Assembly (NCBI RefSeq): GCF_018350175.1 | Contig: NC_058383.1 | Location: 18,912,001-18,976,000 of the forward strand | DNA from: Felis catus | Taxonomy: Eukaryota | DNA length: 64,000 nt | Reading direction: 5' to 3' | In this document: piece after piece, positions 10,957 to 23,551 of the stretch | Layout: the number at the start of each line of letters is the position of its first letter | Numbering within the stretch: the stretch's first letter is position 1 | Position numbers and translations under genes: made by a program | The notes under the pieces: model-generated | What the model was told of the DNA's origin: nothing | Databases searched by the model: none | What the model saw: the letters and a program-made list of their open reading frames with translations, nothing else

Positions 10957-12963
10957 TTGAAGGGTGCCTTCTTAACATCAGTCCACCTAGAGGGGTGTCT
11001 TTTTGGAACTGGTCTATCCAGAGAGGGTGACTAATTTCTAATTTGCCCAAAGCTGCCTCTTAGGCTGGGCTGGGGGGATGGCCTAGAGGCCCCAGGTTCT
11101 AGTATGGGCTCTGCTATAGTCCTGTTGTATGTTTTGGGCCAGTCACTGTCCCCGTCGGGGACCGTAGACCTATAGACTTAACTAGAAGTCAGCCAACCCT
11201 GACACTCCGCAGAGAAGGGAATGAGCCTAGAAACAGGCAGACTCCCCTGGGGTCACCCAGTGACACACGGCAGAGCTGGGCTCCTTGACTCTCACCTCAG
11301 TGCTCAGTGTTTGCCTGGGTTGCTTGCCATGGAGACTTGGTCTTTCCTTGAAGGGAAGTCGGGAAATGAAAGGAGGAAGGAGGAAGAGTGAAGATTCTGG
11401 GAGAAGACGGAGGAGGAGGAGGGGAGGGCAGGCTAGGCCAGGCTATGGCTCCCCGGGGTGGGAGTCAGAAGGGGTCAGGGTGTCCCAAGCCTCTAGGTGC
11501 CCCTTCCCCCCTCCCCTGGGCCCCATGGGTTGTCATTTGTGGACGTTAATTATTCACGATGCTGGTGCTTTGCCTGGTTTTAATGCACTCGGATGGCGTT
11601 CTCTAGCTAATGGGGAAAATCAATAGGTTTTAATTCTCGGTGGCTGTGAAGCTCTGTCTCCTGTTTGGGTGACTGGGCCTGGCCCTTGGGCTGGGGGGTG
11701 GGGTTGGAGGGTCAGACCAAGTTTTCAGGGGCCTGAGACCCCACCTTTCCCTCTCTACCCTCTTCTGATTCCGGCCTGGGGAGGAAAGATTAGGGACCAG
11801 GCAGCTCCAAACTCTGCCCCAAGCATCTCAGAGGGGTCTGCGCCCTTAAGTCAACCATTCGCTGCAAAAGGGATGACCTGTATTCCAGACCTATGGGCCA
11901 GAAGGACGTCAGCAGAGGCAGCCTCGCCAGCTTGTGGGTGCCGGAGTCAGGCCTGCAGCCCTGGGCCCCTGTGTTTGTAGTCTGGGGGCGCCTTCCCCTG
12001 TCCTGGCCTCAGGGTCAGCCCCGGTCGTCCTCCTGGGCTCAGGCCAGGCTCACAGACCTGCCTCAGGCATGGAGGGTTGCTTGTCCAGGCCTTGCATTCT
12101 TGAAGACGCTTCTTCCCTGCCCCGCCACCCCGAGGAGACTTCTGATATGATTTCTACGTGCAGTTCTGTATTCAGGCATGACAATTTCCCTGACAGGACT
12201 GAGGCCCAGGAACATTCGTGGGACATTACGAGCATGTCTTACTGTCCCAGCTCAGACCACATCCTCCCCACAGCATCCCATGGGATGCCCTGAGTCAATA
12301 TCCTTTATGAATCCTGTAATTACCTTGTGAGCGGAACAACTGTTTTGCCCTGTATTTGTGTGTGTGTTAAAAGCGTTGATTAGGCAAGGGTAAACGTTTA
12401 AGATACTCCTCGGTCTCCGTAAGGTTGTTTTTGGCACGTCTTCATGTTTCCAGAACACAATGAGCCTCCAAAAAAGGGAACCCAGGCCTTCCCCGGGGGA
12501 TCCAGGACCCATGCCTGGCTGATTGGAAACACTTGAATCCTCAGCAGGGCCTGTCTGCTGGGTTCCTAGCTTAGTGCCGTGGCCCTCTGGAACCCGGGGA
12601 CCAGGACGTGGAGAAGGGTGACTGCCGGGCCTCACCCATCCCGTCCACTCAGGCCCCAGCCAAGCCCCAGAGGACGTTCCCCGACATCCCCTTATTTCCC
12701 ACTTAGGACTCAGGGGTGCAGAAGGCACAATGGGCCCATCTCTTTGGTTCGTGACACATCGTTGTTCTTGGTCCATGCGGAGCCCCTCCTGGCTTTTATT
12801 CATTTCTCTATTTGTTTTTACCCCCGTGGATGGCGGGCAGGCAAAGGCTGCTGAGGTTTACTCCAAATACCCACCTTGCAGGCTCTTGGGAGAATTATAT
12901 GAGTCAGAGTGTGTAAAATGCCTGGCAACAGTAACTGGTCACTTAAGTTCCATCTCCTGGGCC

Positions 12964-12966
<3 letters not shown>

Positions 12967-12999
<33 letters not shown>
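12967..12999. repeat. (CT)n microsatellite
   Basis: Direct reading. Confidence 0.95.
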
Positions 13000-13002
<3 letters not shown>

Positions 13003-13944
13003 AGGGCTCTCTGAAGCTTGGGCAAAACACCTTCCCCTTTGGCATACTGAGTATGGCTGGTGTTTTTCAAAGTCCTTCATTCAAGATCTGAATGATCACT
13101 TGGATGAGCCTCATGGTCTGGTGAAGAAGCAAATACGGGCCCAACTAGCCCTGATTTCGATTTCGAATTCAGTAGTCGCTGGGTGCATACTCTGGCCAGG
13201 CCATGCGCTGGGCAGCGCTTGTGGGGGCCCAAAGAGGAAAGGGCCCCACCCAAGGGGGGTTCTATGCCCAGTGGGGGTGGGTAGAAGTTGGCCCTTTTCT
13301 CTCTCTCTTAGGGTACACTAAGCCACTGTAACAAAGAGGGCCCACATTACAGCGGCTCAAAAAAGTCTTCTGATAAGTCAATTAGGAGCAAATGCCAAAG
13401 TTGTACTTCAAGTTTGCCACGAGGTAAGGGGCTTATAACCAACTTGGTTCAAAGAGTCCTTTCCCCATTCTAGGGAAAAGAATGGTTAGATACTCATTGT
13501 GTAACACGAGAAAAATAGAATGTCTGATTCTGGATCATTAGCACCACTGGCTGACAGCAGAGTGGATGGGAACCTCGCTTCCCAGAAAAGGTCTTACTTG
13601 AATTAAAGTTTATGTGAATGTTGTTTAAGCATTCTGTTGAAAATGCCAGTGTCTTTCCAGAAGGAGCATGTGAATTACATCACCAGGGAAACGTTTTGTG
13701 TCAATCCAGGTCGGGTCCCAGTTTATCACGAGGTGGATATTTATTTCTCTTCAGGTAACAGCGCAGAGATAGGTGGTCCTCTGGGCTGAAGCTGGGTTAT
13801 GAGCACCGTATTCACATTTTAGTCCTCAAGAGGGAGGGAAGATGGAGTGATGCAGAAGAGGCATTCCTCACTTCTACTCATATTCTCAGCAAGTATTTAG
13901 CCCACCAGCATGAAAGGAGACTGGGAAGTTCAGGCTCCATCAGC

Positions 13945-14010
13945 ACAACAATATTCATAGCTAAAAACTAGGGCAGAACAACAATATGCATAGCTAAAAA
14001 CTAGGGCAGA
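13945..14010. repeat. 33-bp tandem duplication (one mismatch)
   Basis: acaacaatat(t/g)catagctaaaaactagggcaga x2. Confidence 0.95.
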
Positions 14011-14614
14011 GTATTACTAAAAGGAATAAGGGAGGTTAGGATACAATTAGTAGTCATGAAGCCCTAATTTATAGCCAAGGAACTGAACACTGTTCCCTGC
14101 TTCCTGCCACAAACTGTGTGCCCGTCCATTTCTTGGTCTTTTTAGTTGAGGAAATATATGGAATAACCAATCTATATTGGACCCAGAGGACAGAGGTTCC
14201 AAGATTTAAAGTATATCGTGTGCTTGAATCTATAAAAAAGAGTTTTTAGTTTTGTCAGGAGAGTTTGAGAGTGCGTTAATGAAGGTGAAATGAAAACATA
14301 AAGCAATTATTAACTCCAGTGAAAACAAAAAGTTGACAATAAGGGAAATGTAATCATAGTATACTATGTGGCTGAGGTGTGCATATTATCGACCAAGGCA
14401 TAATAGTATAAATACTAAAAAATTATTTTAACCAAAACGTCATATAACTACATTGGGAGGATGAGGACAGGATGCATGTGTGTGGGATAGGCTGGAGTGA
14501 GGGTAGAGGAGAACTAAATTTTCATTGCCTATATTAGGAAGTAAGATAAAAAAAACAAAAAAAAATAATAAAAAAATAGGTGTGTTAGCATGGTATTTAG
14601 AATCTTGCCATTTA

Positions 14615-14768
14615 AAGAGTGATCCACGGACCAGCAGCATCAGCATCACCTGGAAACTTGCTAGAAATGCAAAATCTTGGAACCCACCCAGACCCGCTGA
14701 ATCAGAACCTGTGTTTTAACAAGATCCCAGGTGATTCACATGCTCCTTGAAGTTTGAGAAACCCAGAC
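14615..14768. mobile_element. MER5A hAT-Charlie
   Basis: ggaccagcagcatcagcatcacctggaaacttgctagaaatgca ... ttttaacaagatcccaggtgattc ... aagtttgagaa. Confidence 0.85.
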
Positions 14769-14988
14769 TTAGAAAGAGAATAGCAAACAGAAGGAAGAGT
14801 CAAAGAATTGAATTTGTTGCCTTTAGGAAAAGATCTGCAGTACAGAGGGGTAGGGGGTAGGGGACCGCTAACTTTTTATATAAGCCTGCAGCTTTTTTTT
14901 TTTTTTTTTGAGTTTTAAACAATGTGGAAGATCTACGATGCTGAAAAAAAAGCAAATCATGCTCATGATTTTAAATCCCAACAATACA

Positions 14989-15144
14989 GGGGTGCCTGGG
15001 TGGCTCAGTTGTTTAATCGTCTGGTTCTGGATCATGATCTTATGGTTCGTGCAGAGCCTGCTTGTGATTTTCTCTCTCTCCCTCTGCCCCTCTCCTGCTT
15101 GTTCTCTCTCTCAAAATAAATAAATGAACTTAAAAAAAGAAATA
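14989..15144 (+). mobile_element. SINEC, internally deleted
   Basis: ggggtgcctgggtggctcag head; duplication aaatcccaaca(a/t)taca. Confidence 0.85.
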
Positions 15145-15539
15145 AAATCCCAACATTACAAAATGGAATGCAAAGTCCTCCTCCTACTAGAGACCCCCAA
15201 GCTCCCCTTTTTCCTTGTCCATCATTTCTACAGGATACATTCAGAATTTTTCTCTGCATATCCACCCACTGTGCGTATGATTAATCCTGTTTATTTTTTA
15301 TGCACATGCATTGCACGAATTTGGGTCTGGCCATTTTTTTCCTCAACAGTTTCTTGGAGATGGTTCCAGGTAAGTGCATATAGATGTGCTTACTTCGTTT
15401 ATAGGTTGGTTTTATAGGCTATTACAGGGTGCCTACTATTGTAACTTACTTAGCTGTTCCCCTACTGATGGGAAATTAGGCTCTTTCCAGGTTTCCTCTG
15501 TTTCAGGCAATGCTGTAATAAGCTTTTTGGGACGTCACT

Positions 15540-16040
15540 ATGGCGTAGAGATAAGGACACAGGCCCTGGGCATAGCGTGCCTGGGACTAGAAACCCAGAG
15601 CCGCTGTGAAGGTCAGTTATTTTATCTTCACGCATCTCAGTTTCTGTGAAATGGGGATTAAAAACAATACTTCCTCGAAAGGTGGCTGGGAGGGATTTGT
15701 TCCATGGCTATTTGTTGAGCATCTATTACGCGCCAGGCACCGCTTTAGACCCGAGGGATTCAGTAGTGAACAAAATATAAAATTCCCTGCCTGTGTGAAG
15801 ATTATAGCCTAGCGGTGGGAGACAGATAATAAGCGAGATCACTTAATAGAACCCAGGATGGTGAGGGCTAAGGAAGTGAAACAAGGAAGAGGGTTGGAGC
15901 AGGTGGTTTGCAATTTTAGATAAGGCAGTCATAGATGGCCTCACTGATAAAGTGACACTTGAGTGACAGAGACCTCAAGGAGATGAGTGGTGAGTCACGT
16001 TATTGCTGGAGGGAACACGCTCCAGGCAAAAAGATCAGGG
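15540..16040. mobile_element. MIR (about 15540-15690) followed by antisense L2 (about 15700-16040)
   Basis: ctcagtttctgtgaaatggggatt; tatttgttgagcatctattacgcgccaggcac; aaagtgacacttgag. Confidence 0.65.
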
Positions 16041-17126
16041 ACGGGAACTCACTCCTTCTCGAGATGGCTGCTGGTAGTGGGAAGGGTGCCTTCTACCCAT
16101 GAACCTTAAGTCCACCGGGAGTTGTACACAATAGAGCCCCTCCCCTGCCGAAGAAGCCCAGTGGTCTCAGAGAGGGGCTGGGGTTCCCAGCCAGGTGGGG
16201 TCAATCCCTGGCACCAGGGGCCTTTGCCTTGAGACCTCAGGCCTTCCTCGGGAGTCGTATGTGGCTGGGAGGAGGAACCAGGGAGTGAGGGGCTGGGAAC
16301 GCTATCTCTCAGTCAGTACACCGAGGTGGACTGAGGTTTGCAAAGACAAGTTTCACGGGCTGGGCGAGCTGTGTGGAGACCTCGGTGAGGCAGGTCTTAG
16401 GTCTGGGACAGCAGCCCTTTCAGGCTTTGTTGATCTATCCTCCTGAACCCCGAGTAAGATGAGTTCTAGCATTTCTCTGCGGACAGTTTTGGGAAGGCAA
16501 TCTGATTGGGAGAGGAAGAGGAGTTTGTTTTGAGGCAGCGATGGAGGGCAGGGGTGCCATTGAACTTAGAATATGGTGATTTGGGATGACTTGGGGGGGG
16601 GGTCTGGTGAAGTGGTGGGAGGGCTAAAGCCCCTCAAGCCACCCCTTAGCATCACCATGGCCCCAGAGTCCTAGCAGCAGGTGCAGGAAGGTCCTCCTCA
16701 TGCCCTAGCCTCAAAATCTCTCTCTAGCATCCCCTATGGGTAGAGTCTATGCAGAGTGCTAACCCAGAAGAAAAATGGTTTGCAGAGCCCTGTCCTCTGC
16801 ATTGCAGAGCAGTATAAAGAGGTAGGTTTGAGCTTAATATCTGGCATGGGAGCATTGCAAATTAGTGAGGGAAAGATAGGCTACTCTTTTCTTTGAGAAA
16901 GACGTATATCCAGATCGTCACTTACCGGATACCTAACTCTTTAAATCATAGGAAACACTAGATAGAGGAAAAGTTTCCAACTTAAAAATAAACTATAAAT
17001 GAATTGGGAGAAAACAGGAGTGAATTAAAAAAAATAATCCCAATGGGAAAATGTCCTGCTGGTCAGAAAGCAAGTTCAGAAATTACAAATTTGACTGTAA
17101 AAAATGTTACAATTTCTTTAAAAAAA

Positions 17127-17337
17127 TTTTTTTTAATGTTTATTTCTGAGAGAGAGACAGGGCATGAGTGGGGGAGGGGCAGAGAGAGAGAGAGAGACAC
17201 ACACACAGAATCGGAAGCAGGCTCCAGGCTCTGAGCTGTCAGCACAGAGCTCGACGCGGGGCCCGAACTCACAAACTGTGAGATCGTGACCTGAGCCAAA
17301 GTCGGTTGCTCAACCGACTGAGCCACCCAGGTGCCCC
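17127..17337 (-). mobile_element. SINEC_Fc-like SINE within an old L1 fragment
   Basis: cacagaatcggaagcaggctccaggctctgagctgtcagc ... ccacccaggtgcccc. Confidence 0.92.
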
Positions 17338-18533
17338 TAAAGAATTGTTAACATTTTTTGGCAAAGTGTTGGCAAAAGCTACTGCCAACAAAATAAACAC
17401 AAATGGCCAACTATTTTCAAAGCTAGTTAGTAATCTATGTACTTTAAATATCTTACAATTTTGTCAATTATGCCTCAATAAAGATGAAAAAAAATGACGG
17501 ATAAAGGCTGATATCCTTAACACAAAATTAGCTCTTACAGATCAGAAAGGGAGGGCCCCACGAACCCAACAGGGCAAACAGCAGAGACCAGGAACTGGCA
17601 GTTCCGAAATAAAGAAATACAAATAGCCAGCAAATATGTGGGGAAAGATATTCAACTTGTCTTTTTCCTCAAGGGTCTTTGCACTTCCTGGTCCTTTGTC
17701 TGGAACAGTCTTGCTCCGGGTAGCCACACAGCTGGCCACTCAGTTCCTGGAAAGTCTCCTGTAACATCTTCTGGGTCAGGGATCCCCCCCGCCCCCTTCT
17801 ATTGTGAGACAAGGCTGGTGGGTACCAGGCCACGCCCGCAGGTTAAAGGTTTTGATTTGATCCTAACAGCAAGTGGAGGCCAACGTGGGGGGCAGGGCGG
17901 TGGTAAAGGGCCCACACAGGTGATGCAGTGGTCCAGGGTTCCAGTGGTGGTCTGGACCAGACTGGTGGGAAGTGAATGAATTAGAGAGATATTTCGAGGG
18001 CAAATCTCAGGACTTGGTGAGGCTTGATGGAGAGGAAGGCCCTGAGGATGATGTCTTGCTTCTGGCTCGAATATCTAGACGGATGCTTGCATATCTAGAC
18101 TCGGTCACTGAGGGTGGAATGGGGGACCAAGAGGGCAAACCTGGCCTGACGGGTGCCAGGGACCTTGGAAGCATCTGGTCGGAGTTGTGGAGCAGGAAGT
18201 CAGAGGTACAAAACTGAAGCTCCAAGGCGAGGTTTGGACAGACAGCGATTAAAGCCAAGGGTGTGTGCGTGAGACGTCCACTGGGGACAGCGTGGAGTGA
18301 GGGCAACAGAGGGTCCCGGCCCCGGTCTTGAGGAATCCCCAAATCGGATCGCCACATACGGGGCATGAGCCCGTGAAGGGAATGGAGGAGGGGAAGAAGC
18401 CAGCATCATAGAAGTCAGCTTTTCAAAAAAGAGGGAGGGAGGCTCAGTCAACACTCTGAATGCAATGAGGGGTCAAGATACATGAGGACTTAGAAAAAGT
18501 CCACTGGATTGAATGCCAGGGGTAATCTTAATG

Positions 18534-18750
18534 CTGGTTATCTCAACGTTGGCACTCTTGACATTTGGGCTGGATAATTCTGCGTTGTGGGGGCTATCGC
18601 GTGCCTTGGAGGGCGTTCAGCAGCATCCCTGGCCTTTACGCACTAGATGTTGTTAGCACCCCACCCCCAAGCTGTGACAACCAAAATTGCTTCCAACGTA
18701 GCCTGGTGTCCCCTGGAGGGCAAAATCACACCCCCGTTGGGAACTCTCGC
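18534..18750. mobile_element. MER20 hAT-Charlie
   Basis: ggcactcttgacatttgggctggataattct ... agcagcatccctggcct ... tgtgacaaccaaaa ... gggcaaaatcac. Confidence 0.9.
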
Positions 18751-19117
18751 CTCGGTCGTGTTTTGGGTAGGCGTGCAAAGGGAGGCAGTGACATTAGATA
18801 GTTGTTTCTAGAAGTTTGCTTGTGGAGAAGAGAAGAGAAATAGTATAGTGCCTGGAGAGAACAAGGGAGAACGTTTGGAAAATGTATCAATAATGATAAA
18901 GCGTCAAACTTTTGGATTTCTTTTGGCCATGCTTTAATAGGTGAGAAATAGCCTCTTGGTATGGTTTTGATGTGCATCTCCCTTATTATGAGTGAACTTG
19001 GCATCTCTTCGTAGGTTTGAGGTAATTTTTCTTTAGAGACTCTCTTTTTTATGTTCGTAATCCATTTGTCTATCGGGTCATTGGTCTTTTTGTTGTTGAT
19101 TTTAAGAGTTGCACGTA

Positions 19118-20910
19118 GGGGCGCCTGGGTGGCGCAGTTGGTTAAGCGTCCGACTTCATCCAGGTCACGATCTTGCGGTCCGGGAGTTCGAGCCCCGCAT
19201 CAGGCTCTGGGCTAATGGCTCAGAGCCTGGAGCCTGTTTCCGATTCTGTGTCTCCCTCTCTCTCTGCCCTTCCCCCGTTCATGCTCTGTCTCTCTCTGTC
19301 CCAAAAATAAATAAACGTTGAAAAAAAAAAAAAGTTGCACGTATTAGGCAGAAGAGCCCTTCATTTGTTTTTTGTTTGTTTGTTTAAGTTTATTTATTTA
19401 TTTTGAGAGCGAGCACGTGAGCAGGGCAGGGGCAGAGAGGGAGAGAGACAGGGAGTGACAGAAAATCGCAAGCAGGCTCTGTGCTGTCGGCACAGAGCCC
19501 AATGCAGGGCTCGATCTCATGACTGTGAGATCGTGACCTGAGCGGAAGTCAACGGTCAGACACTTAACCCACCGAGCTACCCAGAAGAACCCTTCATTTG
19601 CAATTTGAGTGGCAAATATTTTCCCCCAGCTTGTCTTTTTCCTTTTGACTTTCGGGAGGCGCTTATGTACACTTCTGGGGGGTTCCAAATTTGTACAATT
19701 CTTGTGATTGACGGTTTGTCATTATCTGTCAAAATTGCTGATGCATTTATCCTTGACTCGGCAGTCTCGCTTCTGGGAATTTACGCTCTAGAGCTACTTG
19801 GCATGGTCGAAAATGTGTGTGTGTGTGCAGGGGGAGGGCTGGTTGATCATTGTTGCTTTTCTTTTTCTCACCAGACTGGAAATAGCCCAACAGGGCACAG
19901 ATTAAATAAACTATGGTACATACATAAATGGAATATTTTGCTGCTATAAAAAAAATGAAGTGGGGCACCTGGGGTGGCCCAGTCAGTCCAGCGTCTGACT
20001 CTTGGTTTCAGCTCAGCTCATGATCTCATGGTTTGTGGGTTCAAGCCCCGCATTGGGCTCTGTGCTGACAGTTCAGAGCCTGGAGCCAGCTTCGGACTCT
20101 GTGTCTCCCTCTCTCTCTGCCCCTCCCCTGCTCACGCTGTGTCTATCTCAAAGGTAAATAAACATTAAAAATTAAAAAAAAAACTGGTGAATTGTCTACT
20201 CTTTTTTTTTAAGTTTTATTTTATTTCTTTAAATGTTTATTTTTGATAGAAAGAGAGCATGAGCGGGCGAGGGGAGAGAGGGAGGGGGACAGAGGATTTG
20301 AAGAGGTCTCTGTGCTGACAGCAGCGAACTCACGTGCCTCGAGATCATGACCTGGACTGAAGTCAGACATTCCACTGACTGAGCCGCCCAGGTGCCCCTT
20401 ACCTAACCCTTTTAAAAGTTAATGGGAGGGGCGCCTGGGTGGCGCAGTCGGTTAAGCGTCCGACTTCAGCCAGGTCACGATCTCGCGGTCTGTGAGTTCG
20501 AGCCCCGCGTCGGGCTCTGGGCTGATGGCTCGGAGCCTGGAGCCTGTTTCCGATTCTGTGTCTCCCTCTCTCTCTGCGCCTCCCCCATTCATGCTCTGTC
20601 TCTCTCTGTCCCAAAAATAAATAAACGTTGAAAAAAAAATAAAAGTTAATGGGATAAAAAAAAAAAATAATAATAATAATAAAATAAAAAATTAAGGGCG
20701 CAGATCCAGTTGAAAGGGGTTGAAAATATAGAAACGAGAAGTTTTCAAGAAGGTACGAGAAGGGAACACCTGGATGGTTCCATTGGTCGGGGGTCGACTC
20801 TTGGTTTCGGTTCAGGTCACTGTTGTGGGATTGAGCCCCACATTCCACTGCTTGGAATTCTCTCTCTCCCTCTATCAAAATAAGTAAATAAACATTAAAA
20901 AAAAAAAAAA
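19118..20910. mobile_element. Dense cluster of six SINECs: 19118-19333(+), 19366-19583(-), 19962-20183(+), 20202-20398(-), 20428-20640(+), 20762-20910(+)
   Basis: Heads and tails read directly; target-site duplications agttgcacgta and taaaagttaatggga. Confidence 0.92.
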
Positions 20911-21469
20911 GAAGAAGAAGGTGGGGGAGGGTGGGATTCAAGGTCCAAGTATAAGGGTAGGAATTTGCCTCAGTTTCTCCCTCTGTAAAAGGAGGGTTCT
21001 CAAGCTAACCATGAAAGGCACCTAGCACTGACCTTTGTCAGACGTAACCCTCACCTTTTCTCTGAGACCCAGGACCGACTGGACACAGATATGGGCTGCA
21101 CGAACGGGCCTTGTCCTCAACTTCTTCAAGTGCACTGTGGGCGGACAGTCGGTGGTCAGTGGAGGGCCTGAGCCAGCCCTGGCCTCCTGGAGGGAGAGAA
21201 AGGGAAGCCCGGAGGGAGGCTGTGGGCCTGCAGCCAAAACTTTTTCAGTCTGCCCACACCCTTCTCCAGCCACACCAAGCCCACGATGGGGACAGATGGG
21301 CCCTAAATTTAGCTGAGAAGCAGCCCCAGAGGGAGCTCTCAAGAAGCAACCTGAACAGTGGCCATCAGTGGCCTCACAAAAGAGGAAACTGAGTCACAGA
21401 AAGGGCAGAAGCGGGATTGACACAGGGCTGCATCACAAGCTAGGGCTGGCTCCTGCGAGCAAAGGGGAG

Positions 21470-21837
21470 GATGAGCGGCGTGGTGTCCCCCTCCCACAGC
21501 GCACGTGTTGAAGTCCTGACCCCCGCACCTCTGAGTGTGACTGTGTCTGGAGATGGGGTCTTTAAAGTGGGGATGGAGGTAAACTGAGGTCACTGGGGTG
21601 CACCCTAAGCCAATATGATCGGTGTCCTCAGAAGAAGAGGAGATTGGGACACAGAGACGCACAGGGGGAAGACCACGTGAGGACAGGAAGAAGACGGCCG
21701 TCTGAGTGCCGAGGAGGGAGGCCTCCTGATACCCTACTCTTGGACTTCCAGCCTCCAGATTTGTGGCAAAACATATTTCTGGTCTTTAAGCTGCACAGCC
21801 TACGACACTTGGTTGCAGCCTCCAGAGCGGACTGACA
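21470..21837 (+). mobile_element. MaLR LTR (MLT1B-like), followed by an older MLT1 fragment to about 22170
   Basis: tgttgaagtcctgacccc..gtgtgactgtgtctggagatggggtctttaa; gaagaccacgtgaggaca; cttggacttccagcctccaga. Confidence 0.85.
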
Positions 21838-23059
21838 GAGTGCATCTCCCGGTCAGGCCAGGTCACAGAGACCCAGGCTCCACTTCCTCTCCCACCTTCT
21901 GTTTTCAAGGTCACCTCTTGCACCAAGATGGCTGCTGGAGCTGCCCATTGCGGACAGCGACAAGGAAGAAGGGACAAAACGCGGGGCCCTTCCTCTTAAG
22001 GAGACTTCGTGTAAGTCCCCCAGAGCAGTGTTGCGGACATCTTTCTGGCCACCACGCGGTCGCACGTCTCACCTTGCTGCGGGGGAGTCTGGGAAATGTG
22101 TTCAGCTAGAAGTAAGGGTTTACTCCTAAGGAACAAGGGGAGAATGGGTGCCGGGGGGAGGCAACCAGCCATGTCTGTCGGAGACCGTCACTTCAGTCCA
22201 CGTACTCAAGGGTGCACGAGTAGCCTTCTTCACTTTTGACACAGTTCACTCGGATTTTTATTGCAAACCAAGATGGCACGCCTACCTTCCTGTGTGAATG
22301 TGTCTAATTCCTGGGTGGCTTTTGAGGCGTCTAGCTATGGTGGGCCGTGCCTGTCCTGAACTCCTCTGTCCGTGAGCTGTCTACCCCCGACCATGAGCTT
22401 ACACAGGCCACCTCGTTTCTGTCTGTGCAACTCCTTTGGCCTCTTCTCGACCATCGTCAAAGCTCCGCGATCAGGATATCCCACTGCTCTCATGCCTGCT
22501 GGGAACCAAGGCACTCTGGGAAGCATTCTTTCCATCTGCACTTGGACTTCACGAACCTCGCTTTGGAGTCCTGCTGCTGTCCCCACAAGAGGTAGGGTTC
22601 AGGGCCTGCCCTCCCGAGATTTCCCAAACGCTTTTTTCGTTACCTCTCCTCCTCCTCCCTAGACCCCGGGAGAATATTCCTGAGCCGAAGGGGGCAAGCC
22701 CTACTTTTGGCTTTTATGCGTCTCCAGTAAGGACTTAAGGTATTGGGGCACAAAAGCCAGGCTCGTGGCCTTTTCTGTTTCTCACCCTCTCACATCCCTC
22801 TCTTGAGGTGACAAGCATAGCTTTTGGCTTGGTGGCAGGAAAGAAAAAAAGAAAATATCAAGAAATTGGGTGGGGGGGGGGCCTTGGCTGGCGAAGTCTG
22901 TAAAGCATGCAACTCTTGATCGCAGGATCGCGAGTTCGAGCCTCACATCAGAGGTAGAGATTACTTAAAAAAACTAAAAAAAGAAAATATCAGGACATTG
23001 AAAACAACATAGGTCGATGTCCTAAAAAGATTATCCTACCGTATTTGCAGTAAACTTTC

Positions 23060-23504
23060 CTGTGGTTGACACTATTTGGCATTCCCCACTCCTCGCCTTC
23101 AACTGCCACTGTAGTCTAGAAAAGCTAAATATTTTCTTTCCTAGCCTCTCTCGCAGCTTAAGGAAGCTGTATTTCTCAGTTCTGATCAATAAGACGGGGG
23201 CAGATAGCTGCTCAAGGTTTATAGGGAGGCTTTGACTTTATCCCCCCCAAAGCGGGGGGCGGGTATGGCTGACACATTCTCTTTCCCTCTGCTTCTTACT
23301 TTGAATGTGAACACAATGCCTGGAGCTGCAGCAGCCATCTTGCCACCATGAGGGCAAGGCTAAGAGAATCATAGAGATGCTATTGCACCATTGAGCACCT
23401 GAGTCTACACAATGTCATTTATTTACTATTAAGCAAAACAAACAAACAAACAAAAAAAACCCTAAAAACAAACCAAAAAACCCCCAACCAAACATGAAAG
23501 AAAA

Positions 23505-23551
<47 letters not shown>

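Noticed and set aside
13945..14010. CRISPR-like direct repeats
   Set aside because: Adjacent copies without spacers, in eukaryotic DNA; a simple tandem duplication
19109..19321. Recurrent ORFs such as ..APGWRSRLSVRLQPGHDLAVREFEP.. and MAQSVK..SAQVMIS..
   Set aside because: Translations of SINEC bodies, not a gene family
22877..22985. tRNA-like sequences with A/B boxes (also at about 25482 and 27380)
   Set aside because: Short tRNA-derived carnivore SINEs with A-tails, not tRNA genes
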